Position numbers and translations under genes: made by a program
Shown: piece after piece, positions 63,946 to 64,000 of the stretch
Numbering within the stretch: position 1 is the stretch's first letter
How the letters are laid out: every line of letters begins with the position of its first letter
DNA from: Octopus sinensis
Lineage: Eukaryota
Length of the DNA stretch: 64,000 nt
NCBI RefSeq assembly: GCF_006345805.1
Contig: NW_021832970.1
Location: forward strand, 1-64,000
Direction: 5' to 3'
The notes under the pieces: generated by a model
The model's database searches: none
What the model was told of the DNA's origin: nothing
Seen by the model: only the letters and a program-made list of their open reading frames with translations

Positions 63946-64000
63946 GTGACGGGCCTCCACACAGTTTCTGTCACCGAACTTCCCTCATAAGACATTGGTC
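63946..64000 (-). mobile_element. SINE family A-like internal fragment at the window edge
   Basis: Reverse complement gaccaatgtcttatgagg..acagaaactgtgtggaggcccgtcac. Confidence 0.55.

Overview
This is eukaryotic, AT-rich, extremely repeat-dense DNA with no confidently identifiable host gene; it is intronic or intergenic. The SINE families and microsatellite load look like an octopus (coleoid cephalopod) genome, which is recognition-based inference. Almost all ORFs in the supplied track are translations of microsatellites. The interpretable content is: (1) three tRNA-headed SINE groups, called A, B and C here, in more than 45 copies or fragments; (2) decayed autonomous elements, namely a CR1-like LINE, L1/Tx1-like pieces, RTE-like 3' ends, a Penelope-like element (RT C-terminus plus GIY-YIG), a mariner transposase end and a CMC/Chapaev-like transposase; (3) a non-autonomous Helitron and a TA-flanked MITE; (4) about a dozen hammerhead-ribozyme-like motifs, most of them degenerate. 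The best leads are a 208-bp, 3-mismatch inverted duplication carrying hammerhead cores on both arms (59670-59877 / 62793-63000), SINE-B multimers that share two fixed junctions at independent loci, and SINE/LINE 3'-tail pairs visible inside the window. Coordinates were read by eye, and element boundaries may be off by several bases.
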